Position numbers and translations under genes: made by a program. A model generated the notes under the pieces. That model worked only from the letters and a program-made list of their open reading frames with translations, was not told where the DNA came from and searched no databases. A stretch of DNA of 63,801 nt, the filler included, from Thermodesulfobacteriota bacterium (GTDB lineage: Bacteria > DASVDK01), in the NCBI GenBank assembly GCA_036381125.1. It is 7 parts of 7 records of this genome, joined end to end, with 100 filler letters (N's around TTAATTAATTAA, not from the genome) between each part and the next. Parts side by side here need not be neighbours in the genome. Positions count along the whole stretch, not along the records: positions 20,043 to 33,787 come from DASVDK010000185.1; 6 more parts are not named here. One strand, 5' to 3'. Shown here in pieces: positions 20,063 through 31,412 of the stretch. Every line of letters begins with the position of its first letter. The stretch's first letter is position 1.

Positions 20063-20509
20063 TTACGCGGCGATGGGGATGACGCGCGGCTTGGCGGCCG
20101 CGGCCTTGGGGATGGTCACGGTGAGGACGCCGTCCTTGAACCTCGCCTCGACCTTGCCGGCCTCCACCTGCGCCGGGATGGAGAAGCTGCGGACGAACTG
20201 ACCGTACGCCCGCTCCATGCGGTGGCAGGTCTGGTCCTTGAACTCGTCCGCGAACTTCCGCTCGCCCTTGAGCGTGAGCACGTTGTCCTTCAGCTCGATC
20301 TGCACGTCGTCCTTCGTGAGCCCGGGCAGCTCGGCGACGACCACGTACCGGTCGGCGTTCTCGTAGACGTCCACGGCCGGGGACCAGTTGCCGGTCAGCT
20401 CCGAGGGCTCGCCTGTACGGGTGCGGCTCAGCGTCTCGTCGAAGAGCCGGTTCATCCGCTCGTGGAGGACGGCGAGGTCACGGAACGGGTCCCAACGCAC
20501 GATCGCCAT
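20063..20509 (-). CDS. Hsp20/alpha-crystallin small heat-shock protein
   Basis: MAIVRWDPF, PAVDVYE, ERAYGQFVRSF and FKDGVLTVTIPK motifs; AAGGAGG RBS. Confidence 0.95.
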   Translation of the reverse strand: MAIVRWDPFRDLAVLHERMNRLFDETLSRTRTGEPSELTGNWSPAVDVYENADRYVVVAELPGLTKDDVQIELKDNVLTLKGERKFADEFKDQTCHRMERAYGQFVRSFSIPAQVEAGKVEARFKDGVLTVTIPKAAAAKPRVIPIAA

Positions 20510-20585
20510 CTGTCTTGCCTCCTTCCGTAAGGGTCGGGTGCGCGGCACCCGGCAAACCCGGGCACCGCTACTGCGCGACCGTGAC

Positions 20586-20601
20586 AGCAACCGACGTGCC
20601 G
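20586..20601 (-). promoter_or_regulatory. sigma54 promoter for hsp20
   Basis: Minus strand reads CGGCAC-GTCGG-TTGCT. Confidence 0.6.
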
Positions 20602-20998
20602 ATCTCTAACCGCGCGAAACCTCTCCCCTTTGCTTGCCTTGCCCGCGCGCCGTGCCGGGGCGGCGTGCCACACCGGCCGAAGCCGGCGTCAACGTGACAA
20701 GGTGACGGCGAGCCCGGCCAGCCGTAGCGGCCGGCCAGGAGCGTGGCCACCCTGAACGTGGCCGAGGCATGCCCCGACGGGGCAGCAGCGGGACAGCGGC
20801 GCCCGCCAGGAGCGAGCACGATCAGGGAGAGGAGGCGGGGCTCGACCTGCCCCGCCTCGGCTCGAGCCTCGTCCACCGGACGCCGGGATCGGCCCCGCGT
20901 GTACCACCAGGATCACCGCGGCGAAGGTCGTCGCCGCTCCCCGGAGCCCCACGCGTGCGCCCCCCGGAGACGGCACGCGTGTAGACAAGTCAAGGTCC

Positions 20999-21682
20999 CT
21001 AGCGCTTCAGCACGCGATCGAAGAGGTCGAGCACCTTGCCCCAGGCGTCCTTCGCGTGCTCCGGCCGGTAGACCTCGGGGCGAGTGTCGTTGAAGAACGC
21101 GTGCGGCGCCGGGTAGGTGACGACCCGTCCCCGCACCCCTCCGGCCTTCAGCGCCGCTTCGAGGCGCCGCACCTCGCCGACCGGGACGAAGGGGTCCTGG
21201 TCGCCGTAGATGTAGAGGACCTCGGCGCCGATCCGCCTGAGCGTGTCGTCGTCGGGGACCGGCACGCCGTACCACCCGGCCGACGCCTTGACCCGCGCGT
21301 CGTTCGCGGCCAGCAGGAGGGCGAGCCGGCCGCCCATGCAGAAGCCGGTGACCCCGATCCGGTCGGCCCTCGCCGCCGGATGCGCCGCCAGGTGGTCCAC
21401 CGCCGCCTTCAGGTCGCGCACGGCGTCGTCCACCTTGAGCGCGTTCATCAACGCGCCCGCCTCGTTCGCGTCGGTCGTGACCTTCCCGTGGTAGAGATCC
21501 GGCGCGACCGCCAGGTAGCCCTCCGCCGCGACGCGTCGCGTCACGTCCTTGATGTGCTCGTTGAGGCCCCACCACTCCTGGATCACCACGACCGCGGGGA
21601 ATGGCCCGGTCCCCGAGGGCTTCGCCTCGTAGGCGCCCGCCCCGGTGGAGAGCGTGACCATTCGGGTCTCGACCTGTGCCAT
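20999..21682 (-). CDS. dienelactone hydrolase family
   Basis: QEWWGL, GFCMGG and HAFFN motifs. Confidence 0.93.
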   Translation of the reverse strand: MAQVETRMVTLSTGAGAYEAKPSGTGPFPAVVVIQEWWGLNEHIKDVTRRVAAEGYLAVAPDLYHGKVTTDANEAGALMNALKVDDAVRDLKAAVDHLAAHPAARADRIGVTGFCMGGRLALLLAANDARVKASAGWYGVPVPDDDTLRRIGAEVLYIYGDQDPFVPVGEVRRLEAALKAGGVRGRVVTYPAPHAFFNDTRPEVYRPEHAKDAWGKVLDLFDRVLKR

Positions 21683-21717
21683 CGTCACCTCCTCTGTGGA
21701 CTGGGACAGATGCGAGG

Positions 21718-23025
21718 TTACCTCACGAGGCGCCGCATTCGCTGCACGAAGAAGCCGTCGAGGCCGCCGTCGGCGGGGTGCGTCACGAGGCGTGCCTCGG
21801 CCTCGTACTCCGGATGCCCGGCGAGGAACCCGTCGACGACGCCGGGCCCCTCCTCCGCCGTCGTCGTGCAGACCGAGTAGACGAGTCGGCCGCCCGGGCG
21901 GACCGCCGACGCCGCGACCTCGAGGATGGCCCGCTGGGTCGCGGCGAGCGGGGGAACGTCCTCGGGACGCCGCCGCCAGAGGATGTCGGGGTTGCGCCTG
22001 ACGACGCCGAGCCCCGAGCAGGGGGCGTCGACCAGGACGGCGTCGTAGGGGCCGGCGAGCGGCGCCGGCAGGGGGGTCGTGGCGTCGTGCGCCGCCACCG
22101 TGACCCGATCGGCGACGCCGAGGCGGGCGACCGTCTCGCGAACTCGCCCGAGGCGGGCGGGGTCCACGTCGAGCGCCACGACGCGCCCGTGCGGCCCGAC
22201 GAGGTCCGCGAGATGACCGGTCTTGCCCCCCGGCGCCGCGCAGAGGTCGAGGACGCGGGCGCCGGTCGGAGGGTCGACGAGCCTGGCCACGAGCTGGGAG
22301 GCCTCGTCCTGCACGGCAAAGGCCCCCTCGGCGAACCCGGGGAGGGCCGCCACGCCGCCGGGCGGCAGCGATCCCGGCTCGATCACCACCGCGTCGGGCG
22401 CCACGCGCCCGGGGCGCGCGGCGACGCCCGCCGCGGAGAGTCGCGCGCGCAGGCGCTCCACCCCCTCCCGCGCCCGCAGGACCAGCGGCGCCGGCGAGGC
22501 GTCGGCGCCGAGCCGGCGCGCGGCCTCCTCGACCCCGTGCGCCGCCACCTCGCGCTCGACCATCCAGCGCGGGTGCGAGGTCTCGACGGCCAGGCGCTCG
22601 ATCGGATCGGCCGGCAGCGGCACGTCCCCCCCTTCGTCCGCCACGCGCCGCAGGAGCGCGTTCGCGAAGCCGGCCGCGCCCCGCGCGACCCGCTTGACGT
22701 GCTCCACCGCCTCGTCCACGGCGGCGTGGGCCGGGATGCGATCGAGATGGCGGAGCTGGTAGGCCGCCAGGCGGAGGGCGGCGCGGACCTCCGGGTGGAG
22801 GGTGCGGAGCGGACGCTTCGCGAAGTACGAGAGGACGTGGTCGAGGCGCCCCTGCCAGCGCAGGGTGCCGTAGACCAGCTCGGTCAGGAGGGCGCGGTCG
22901 CGCGGGTCCGCGAGGGAGGCCAGGGCGGCCTCGAGGAGGCGGTCGGCGAAGGCGCCCCGCTCGACCCGCGCGAGGATCCGCACGGCCACGCCCCGTACGC
23001 CGGCGCGGCCGCGCGGCGGGCGCAT
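21718..23025 (-). CDS. rsmB: 16S rRNA m5C967 methyltransferase
   Basis: NusB-like N-terminus, VQDEAS, DLCAAPGGK, DAPCSG and YSVCT motifs. Confidence 0.93.
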   Translation of the reverse strand: MRPPRGRAGVRGVAVRILARVERGAFADRLLEAALASLADPRDRALLTELVYGTLRWQGRLDHVLSYFAKRPLRTLHPEVRAALRLAAYQLRHLDRIPAHAAVDEAVEHVKRVARGAAGFANALLRRVADEGGDVPLPADPIERLAVETSHPRWMVEREVAAHGVEEAARRLGADASPAPLVLRAREGVERLRARLSAAGVAARPGRVAPDAVVIEPGSLPPGGVAALPGFAEGAFAVQDEASQLVARLVDPPTGARVLDLCAAPGGKTGHLADLVGPHGRVVALDVDPARLGRVRETVARLGVADRVTVAAHDATTPLPAPLAGPYDAVLVDAPCSGLGVVRRNPDILWRRRPEDVPPLAATQRAILEVAASAVRPGGRLVYSVCTTTAEEGPGVVDGFLAGHPEYEAEARLVTHPADGGLDGFFVQRMRRLVR

Positions 23026-23033
23026 GCCCGTCG

Positions 23034-23912
23034 TCAGACCCAGCTCGGCCGCACGCTCCCCATCGCCATCGCCTCGAGGCGCGCGACGCGCTCCTCGGTC
23101 GGCGGGTGGGTGCTGAAGAGCCGCGCGAGTCCGCCGCCCGCGAACGGGTGGACGATGAACATGTGCGCCGTCCCCTCGTTGCCCGCCGTCATCGGGATGC
23201 GGTGCGCGTAGGCGTCGATCTTCCGGAGCGCGTTCGCGAGCGAGAGCGGAGCCCCCGAGAGCCGCGCGCCGGTCGCATCGGCCGAGAACTCGCGCGTGCG
23301 GCTGATGGCCATCTGGACGATCATCGCCACGATCGGGGCGATGATGATCGTGGCGAGCAGGCCGACGATGTTGCCGCCGTCGCCCTCCTCGTCCGAGCGC
23401 CCGCCGAGGCCGCCGAAGATCGCCCCCCACTGGAGGATGTTGGCGATCATCGAGATGGCGCCGGCGATCGTCGCGGCGACCGACGAGATGAGGATGTCGC
23501 GGTTCCTCACGTGACCGAGCTCGTGCGCGAGGACCCCGCGCAGCTCGTCGCGAGAGAGCAGGCGCATGATGCCCTGGGTCACCGCCACGGCCGCGTGCGA
23601 CGGGCTCCTGCCGGTCGCGAAGGCGTTCGGCTGCTCCTGCGGGATGATGTAGAGACGGGGCATCGGCATGCCCGCGCGCCCCGCCAGCTCGCGGACCATG
23701 GCGTACAGCTCGGGGGCCTCGCGCTCGTCGACCTCGTGCGCCCCGTACATCTTGAGCACGATCTTGTCGCTGAACCAGTAGCTCACGAAGTTCATCGCGC
23801 CGGCGAACACGAGCGCGATGACCATGCCCTGCTGCCCGCCGAGCATCCCACCGATGGCGACCAGGATGCCGGTCAGGGTGGCCAGCAGGATGGTCGTCTT
23901 GATGGCGTTCAT
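23034..23912 (-). CDS. htpX: zinc metalloprotease HtpX
   Basis: [21 protein letters not shown] and THPP motifs. Confidence 0.95.
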   Translation of the reverse strand: MNAIKTTILLATLTGILVAIGGMLGGQQGMVIALVFAGAMNFVSYWFSDKIVLKMYGAHEVDEREAPELYAMVRELAGRAGMPMPRLYIIPQEQPNAFATGRSPSHAAVAVTQGIMRLLSRDELRGVLAHELGHVRNRDILISSVAATIAGAISMIANILQWGAIFGGLGGRSDEEGDGGNIVGLLATIIIAPIVAMIVQMAISRTREFSADATGARLSGAPLSLANALRKIDAYAHRIPMTAGNEGTAHMFIVHPFAGGGLARLFSTHPPTEERVARLEAMAMGSVRPSWV

Positions 23913-23966
23913 CGATCTCCTCCGGGAGGGACGCCCTGCCCCTCCACCACGAACATCGTTTCGAGG

Positions 23967-24905
23967 TTATGCAAGCGCCGTTCCGGGGCCGATCCGCGCG
24001 CCGCGGGCGAACTGCGCGCCCGACATCGGCTTTCGGCTCTCGGGCTGCACCTCGAGAAGGAGGAGGACCCCCTCCCCGGTCGCCACCGCGATGCCGTCCG
24101 GGACGACCGCCAGCACCTCGCCCGGCCTGCGGGCGGAGGCCTCGTAACCGTTCGAGACGTAACGAGTTCTCAGAATCTTCACCGGCCGGCCCGCCACCGC
24201 GGTCACCGCGCCCGGCCAGGGCTGGAACGCCCGCACCTGATCGTGGATCGCCCGGGCGGGCCGCGTCCAGTCGATCCGGGCGTGCTCGCGCGTGAGCATC
24301 GGCGCCAGCGTGGCAGCCGCGTCATCCTGGCGCTCGGCCGTCGCCGTGCCCGCGTCAAGCCGGCCGAGTACCTCGACGAGCGCCTCGGCGCCGAGCGACG
24401 CCAGGCGCTCGGTCACCGTCGGCGCGTCCTCGTCCGGGCCGATCGGCGTTCGACGGACATGATACACGGGGCCGGTGTCGAGGCCGGCCTCCATGCGCAT
24501 GATCGACACGCCGGTCTCGCGCTCGCCGTGGTAGATGGCCCACTGGACCGGCGCCGCGCCGCGGTACTTCGGCAGCAGCGAGGCGTGGACGTTGACGCAG
24601 CCGTGCCGCGGGATGTCGAGGATGGCCTGCGGCAGGATCCTGCCGTAGGCGGCCACGACGATCACGTCGGGCGCCAGGGCGCGCAGGCGCGCGCGGGCCT
24701 CCTCGGTGCGGATCGTCTCGGGCTGCCAGACCGGCAGCCCGAGCTCGAGGGCGGCGACCTTGACCGGCGGCGGCGTCGGCGCCTGCCCGCGCCCCGCCGG
24801 CCGGTCGGGCTGGGTCACCACCACCGGCACCCGGTGCCCCGCCGCCACGACCGCCCTGAGCGACGGCACCGCGAAGGCCGCGGTGCCCATGAACGGGACG
24901 ATCAC
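23967..24905 (-). CDS. fmt: methionyl-tRNA formyltransferase
   Basis: FMGT, TQPDRPAGRG and NVHASLLPKYRGAAP motifs. Confidence 0.95.
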   Translation of the reverse strand: MIVPFMGTAAFAVPSLRAVVAAGHRVPVVVTQPDRPAGRGQAPTPPPVKVAALELGLPVWQPETIRTEEARARLRALAPDVIVVAAYGRILPQAILDIPRHGCVNVHASLLPKYRGAAPVQWAIYHGERETGVSIMRMEAGLDTGPVYHVRRTPIGPDEDAPTVTERLASLGAEALVEVLGRLDAGTATAERQDDAAATLAPMLTREHARIDWTRPARAIHDQVRAFQPWPGAVTAVAGRPVKILRTRYVSNGYEASARRPGEVLAVVPDGIAVATGEGVLLLLEVQPESRKPMSGAQFARGARIGPGTALA

Positions 24906-25408
24906 TCGGCTGCGGCCAGGTACTTCCTGTACCGGCGACGGAAGAGGTCGCGCTTGACCGGCCCCAGGCGGTCGACGAAGAGCAGTCCGTTGAGGTGGTC
25001 GATCTCGTGCTGGAAGCAGCGCGAGAGGAGGTCGCGCCCGGTGATGACCTGCTCCTTGCCGTCGAGCCCGAGCCCCTTCACCGTGCACTCGGCGTAGCGG
25101 ACGACCGGCGCCGAGTACTCCGGCACCGACAGGCAGCCCTCCTCCTCCTTGAGCTCCCCCTTCACCTCGACGATCTCCGGGTTGATCATCGTGATGAGCT
25201 GCCGGGGCTCGCCCTCGCCGTGACAGTCGGCCGTGAAGATCCGCAGCGATACCCCTACCTGATTGGCAGCCAGGCCGACGCCCGGAGCGGCGTACATGGT
25301 CTCGGCCATGTCACGGCAGAGCTGGACGATCTCGGGTGTGATGCGCTCGACCGGCTCGGCCCGCCGCTTGAGCACGGGGTCGGGATAGTGGCGGATCGGA
25401 AGGATCAT
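24902..25408 (-). CDS. def: peptide deformylase
   Basis: GVGLAANQVG, EGCLS and QHEIDHLNG motifs. Confidence 0.97.
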   Translation of the reverse strand: MILPIRHYPDPVLKRRAEPVERITPEIVQLCRDMAETMYAAPGVGLAANQVGVSLRIFTADCHGEGEPRQLITMINPEIVEVKGELKEEEGCLSVPEYSAPVVRYAECTVKGLGLDGKEQVITGRDLLSRCFQHEIDHLNGLLFVDRLGPVKRDLFRRRYRKYLAAAE

Positions 25409-25465
25409 GCAGTCCTCAAATCCCTGTAATCAAAGGAGAAATGATAGCGTGCCGGGCGGCCGGTG

Positions 25466-28009
<2,544 letters not shown>

Positions 28010-28147
28010 GGGCGCTGATTGTGCCGCCCAGGGCCGGGCGCGGTCAATCCGCCCGGCGCGAGCGGCGCCCCTCGCTTGACGCTCCCACGGGCGTCGGGTA
28101 GACTTTCCGCGCGTTTCCAGCCGCGTGGTACCGGCCGCGAGCCGTTG

Positions 28148-28315
28148 CGGGTTCATCCCGGGCGGAGCGGACGCCGGCCGCGAGCCGTTGCGAGAGGTGT
28201 GGCGTGAGCCGCACCGGGAGGCGAGCGGCCACCGGTGGTTGGCGGCCCGCAGGGCCGCCGACGAGCGGAGCCCGGGTTCATCCCGGGCGGAGCGGACGCC
28301 GGCCGCGAGCCGTTG
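28148..28315 (+). repeat. 43-bp exact direct repeat (28148-28190, 28273-28315), plus a partial copy at 28131-28147
   Basis: CGGGTTCATCCCGGGCGGAGCGGACGCCGGCCGCGAGCCGTTG occurs twice. Confidence 0.9.
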
Positions 28316-28320
28316 GAAGT

Positions 28321-28396
28321 GGGGCTGTAGCTCAGCTGGGAGAGCGCTGCGTTCGCAACGCAGAGGTCGGCGGTTCGATCCCGCTCAGCTCCACCA
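28321..28396 (+). tRNA. tRNA-Ala(CGC)
   Basis: GGGGCTG acceptor with G3:U70, anticodon loop TT-CGC-AA, CCA end. Confidence 0.95.
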
Positions 28397-28554
28397 CCTC
28401 TCTTCTCCTCCTCCAGGTCCTCCCCTTCTCCTCCGGGTCGAGCGCGTTCACCCCCTGGCGCACGTGACGTTACGAGCGTCGGCCCTGGCACCGGCGTGCG
28501 TCCTCGACCGGCGTCGATGGGGGACGGCGAGGGGCCGGGCGCCCGTGGCGTCGG

Positions 28555-28788
28555 ATGGCGATCGCCGGCGCCGTGCCCGTCGTCGTCGCCGGCCTGGCCG
28601 CCTGGCCGCACATCCGGGCCCCGACCTTCTCCCCCGAAGGCTTCGCGTCGGGAAACGGGCGCATCGAGGCAACCGGGTACGACGTCGCCACCGCGCGGGC
28701 CGGCCGGCTCGACATGGACACGAAGGACCTCGAGGCGCAACTGCGCGGGGCCGAGGCGCAGGTCGCGCAGGCGCGCGAGGACAACTGA
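28555..28788 (+). pseudogene. truncated HlyD/YhiI-like membrane-fusion protein remnant
   Basis: GFASGNGRIEATGYDVAT..AGRL/DMDTKDLEAQL resembles a YhiI/YbhG N-terminus but lacks the lipoyl half-motif and stops at 77 aa. Confidence 0.6.
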
Positions 28789-28850
28789 TCCCCGGGCAGA
28801 GGTTACGCCCGGACCCGAGGAGTCCGGGGCCGGCGAGGTAGAGTAAATCC

Positions 28851-29393
28851 ATGGCCGTGGGTTCGTCGCTCCTCGACCGGCCGAGCGTCGCCTGGCGGGT
28901 CTTGCGGACAGCCTGCCTCGTCGCGCGCCTGCGCTGCCCGTCCTGCGGCCTCGGCCGCATGGGGGCCGGCGGCCTCGCCGTCCACCTGCGCTGCCCGGTC
29001 TGCGGGGTCGTCTTCGAGCGCGACCCCGGCGAGGTCGCGGGCGGCATCTGGGTGAACTCCATGGTCACGACGCTCGGCATCTGCGGGCTCGCGAGCTACC
29101 TGGAGTTCTTCACCGCCCTGCCGCGCACGCTCCTCACGCCGCTCGTCGTCCTCTTCGCCGCCGTGTTCCCCGTCGCCTTCTACCGGCACTCGCGCGCCGT
29201 CTGGATCGGCGTCCTCCACCTGGCCGGCCTGGTGCATCGCGACGAGGCGGCCGACCCCGAGCCGGTCATCCGCCCCTGGCCGCCGGACGGCCCCGGCGGA
29301 GGCGGCCCCACGACCGGCGCCGAGTCGGCCCGCGAGCCGGTCTTCGTCGGGACCGGCCGCCCCCTCGACGGCCCGCGCGGCGGCGCGTCATGA
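28851..29393 (+). CDS. DUF983-like zinc-ribbon membrane protein
   Basis: RCPSCG..CPVCG..ERDPG followed by two TM segments. Confidence 0.7.
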   Translation: MAVGSSLLDRPSVAWRVLRTACLVARLRCPSCGLGRMGAGGLAVHLRCPVCGVVFERDPGEVAGGIWVNSMVTTLGICGLASYLEFFTALPRTLLTPLVVLFAAVFPVAFYRHSRAVWIGVLHLAGLVHRDEAADPEPVIRPWPPDGPGGGGPTTGAESAREPVFVGTGRPLDGPRGGAS

Positions 29394-29947
29394 CGCGGCG
29401 CGCCACGATCGCCGCGCGCCTCCGGCGGCTCGCGGCCGCCATCCGCCCGAGGCCGCTCGCCTCCTGCGCGGCTCTCGCCGCACTGCTGGTCGCCGGTTGC
29501 GCGAGTCACCCGATCTCCGAGCCGCTCCGCGCGGCGGCGAAGGACCAGCCGCCGTTCGCGGCGCTGGCGGCCGATCCGGCGGCGTACGTGGGCCGGGCGG
29601 TCGTGCTCTCGGGCATCGTGCTCGGCGCCTTCCCGGGACCGAGCGGGGGGACGGTGCTCGAGGTGCTCCAGACGCCGGCCGACGGCGCCGGCCGTCCCGG
29701 CGACCCCGACCGATCGCAGGGGCGCTTCCTCGCGGTGGACGCGAGACGTCTCGACCCGGCGATCTACGCGCCGGGCAGACGGGTGGCCGTCGGCGGCGAG
29801 GTGGTGCGGACGGAGACGCGCGAGGTGCCGGGCGGCGGAACGATCACCTACCCGGTCGTCGAGGCACGCGAGCTGCACCTCTTCCCGGTGGAGCGGCGGG
29901 GTGGCCCGCCCGTGAACCTCGGGATCGGGATCGGCATCGGGTTCTAG
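29390..29947 (+). CDS. Slp family outer-membrane lipoprotein
   Basis: VAGC lipobox, SQGRFLA..LDPAIY..GRRV and YPVV motifs. Confidence 0.85.
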   Translation: MTRRATIAARLRRLAAAIRPRPLASCAALAALLVAGCASHPISEPLRAAAKDQPPFAALAADPAAYVGRAVVLSGIVLGAFPGPSGGTVLEVLQTPADGAGRPGDPDRSQGRFLAVDARRLDPAIYAPGRRVAVGGEVVRTETREVPGGGTITYPVVEARELHLFPVERRGGPPVNLGIGIGIGF

Positions 29948-31053
29948 GCCGCGTTCGGCCCGGGCGTCCCGGTCTGCCTGAGCGCCTCGACGAGGCTCGC
30001 GTTGCGGATGGCCGCCGCGGCCGACGCGGCGAGGCTCACGAGGAGGTCCTGGTCGTCCTCCGTGAAGGCGTCGAGCCGGTAGTGGTCGACGTTGATGACG
30101 CCGATGACGGCGCCGTCCCAGCTCATCGGCGCGGCCAGCTCGCTGCGCACGTTCTCGTTGGCGAGGACGTAGCGAGGGTCCTTCGTCACGTCGCCCACGC
30201 GCAGCGGCGTGCCGTGCGCGGCGACCCACCCGGTGATCCCCTCCCCTTTCCGGAGCCGGATGCGGCGGCGCGCCTCGGCCGAGAGACCGCGCGCCGACCG
30301 GATGACGAGCCGCTGGTCCGCCGGGTCGAGCAGCATGACCGAGCCGGACGAGGCGTGCATCAGCTCGATCGCCTTGTCGACGATGAGGTCGAGGAGGGCG
30401 TCCACCTCGACGGTCGAGGTCATCGCCTGCGCCACCTCGAGGAGCCCGCGCAGCCGGTCGGCCCGGGCGCGCAGCCGCTCGACCAGGGTCGCGTTCTCCT
30501 CGGCGATGGCGGCGAGGTTCGCGAGGACCGTGAGCAGGCGGAGGTCGCCGTCGGTGAAGGGCCTCCGGTCGCGCTTGGTGTCCGCGGTGATCACGCCGAG
30601 CGTGCGGCCTCCGATGGTTAGCGGCGCCACGAGGAACGACCGGACGCCGGCGCGGCCGAGGATCCCCTCGAACGCGTCGGGCTCGTCGGCCGCATCGCGG
30701 ACGATCGCCGGCTCGCCGGTCTCCGCGACCCGCCCGATGACGCCCGTGCCCTTCGGCACGCGAAGCCCCTCGAGGAGCGGCTCGGAGAGCAGCCCGCTGC
30801 CCGAGCGCGCCACCAGGTCGCCGGTCCCGGCCTCCCGGAGGAGCAGCAGGCTGCGCTCCACGCCGAGGATGACGGTGACCGCCTCCGTGATGAGCTTGAG
30901 CGTCAGCTCCACCGACTGCATGGACGAGGACATCGCCCGGCCGATCTCGAGCAGCATGGCCGTCTGCGCGGCGAGCTGCCCCGGGGAGGCATGCTCGGCC
31001 GCCCGGCTCCGATCGGCCCGCAGGAAGGCCTTGAGCCCGCTCACCAGGCTCAC
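29944..31053 (-). CDS. tandem GAF-domain protein without output domain
   Basis: Two GAF repeats (G.GVIGRVA / GEGITGWVA, F...D..LL); ends right after the second GAF. Confidence 0.85.
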   Translation of the reverse strand: MSLVSGLKAFLRADRSRAAEHASPGQLAAQTAMLLEIGRAMSSSMQSVELTLKLITEAVTVILGVERSLLLLREAGTGDLVARSGSGLLSEPLLEGLRVPKGTGVIGRVAETGEPAIVRDAADEPDAFEGILGRAGVRSFLVAPLTIGGRTLGVITADTKRDRRPFTDGDLRLLTVLANLAAIAEENATLVERLRARADRLRGLLEVAQAMTSTVEVDALLDLIVDKAIELMHASSGSVMLLDPADQRLVIRSARGLSAEARRRIRLRKGEGITGWVAAHGTPLRVGDVTKDPRYVLANENVRSELAAPMSWDGAVIGVINVDHYRLDAFTEDDQDLLVSLAASAAAAIRNASLVEALRQTGTPGPNAA

Positions 31054-31412
31054 GCCGCGCTGCCCTTCAGCGCGCGCCGGACGGCCTGCTTGAGCTCGGC
31101 GAGGTCGGAGGACTTGACGACGTAGGCGTCGCACGCCCAACTGCCGAAGTCGGCCTTGTACTCGTCGTACGCGGTGCAGAGGATGACCGGGAGCTTCCGG
31201 TGGTGCTCCTTGATCGTCCGGAGCACCTCGATGCCGTCCATGCCCGGCATCTTGATGTCGAGCGTCACCACGTCGGGCTGGAAGCTGTCGAGGGCGGCGA
31301 GTGCCTCCTGCCCGCTCGCGGCGGTCTTCACCTCGTAGCCCTCGTCCTCGAACTCTTCCCTGTAGAGGGTGCCGATGGACGGCTCGTCGTCGACGATGAG
31401 GATTCGGGGCAT
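31050..31412 (-). CDS. single-domain response regulator
   Basis: ILIVDDE, LDIKMPGMDG, CTAY and VVKS motifs. Confidence 0.93.
   Translation of the reverse strand: MPRILIVDDEPSIGTLYREEFEDEGYEVKTAASGQEALAALDSFQPDVVTLDIKMPGMDGIEVLRTIKEHHRKLPVILCTAYDEYKADFGSWACDAYVVKSSDLAELKQAVRRALKGSAA

Noticed and set aside
20610-20995. Short ORFs between hsp20 and the dienelactone hydrolase
   Set aside because: Conflicting frames with no RBS or motif support.
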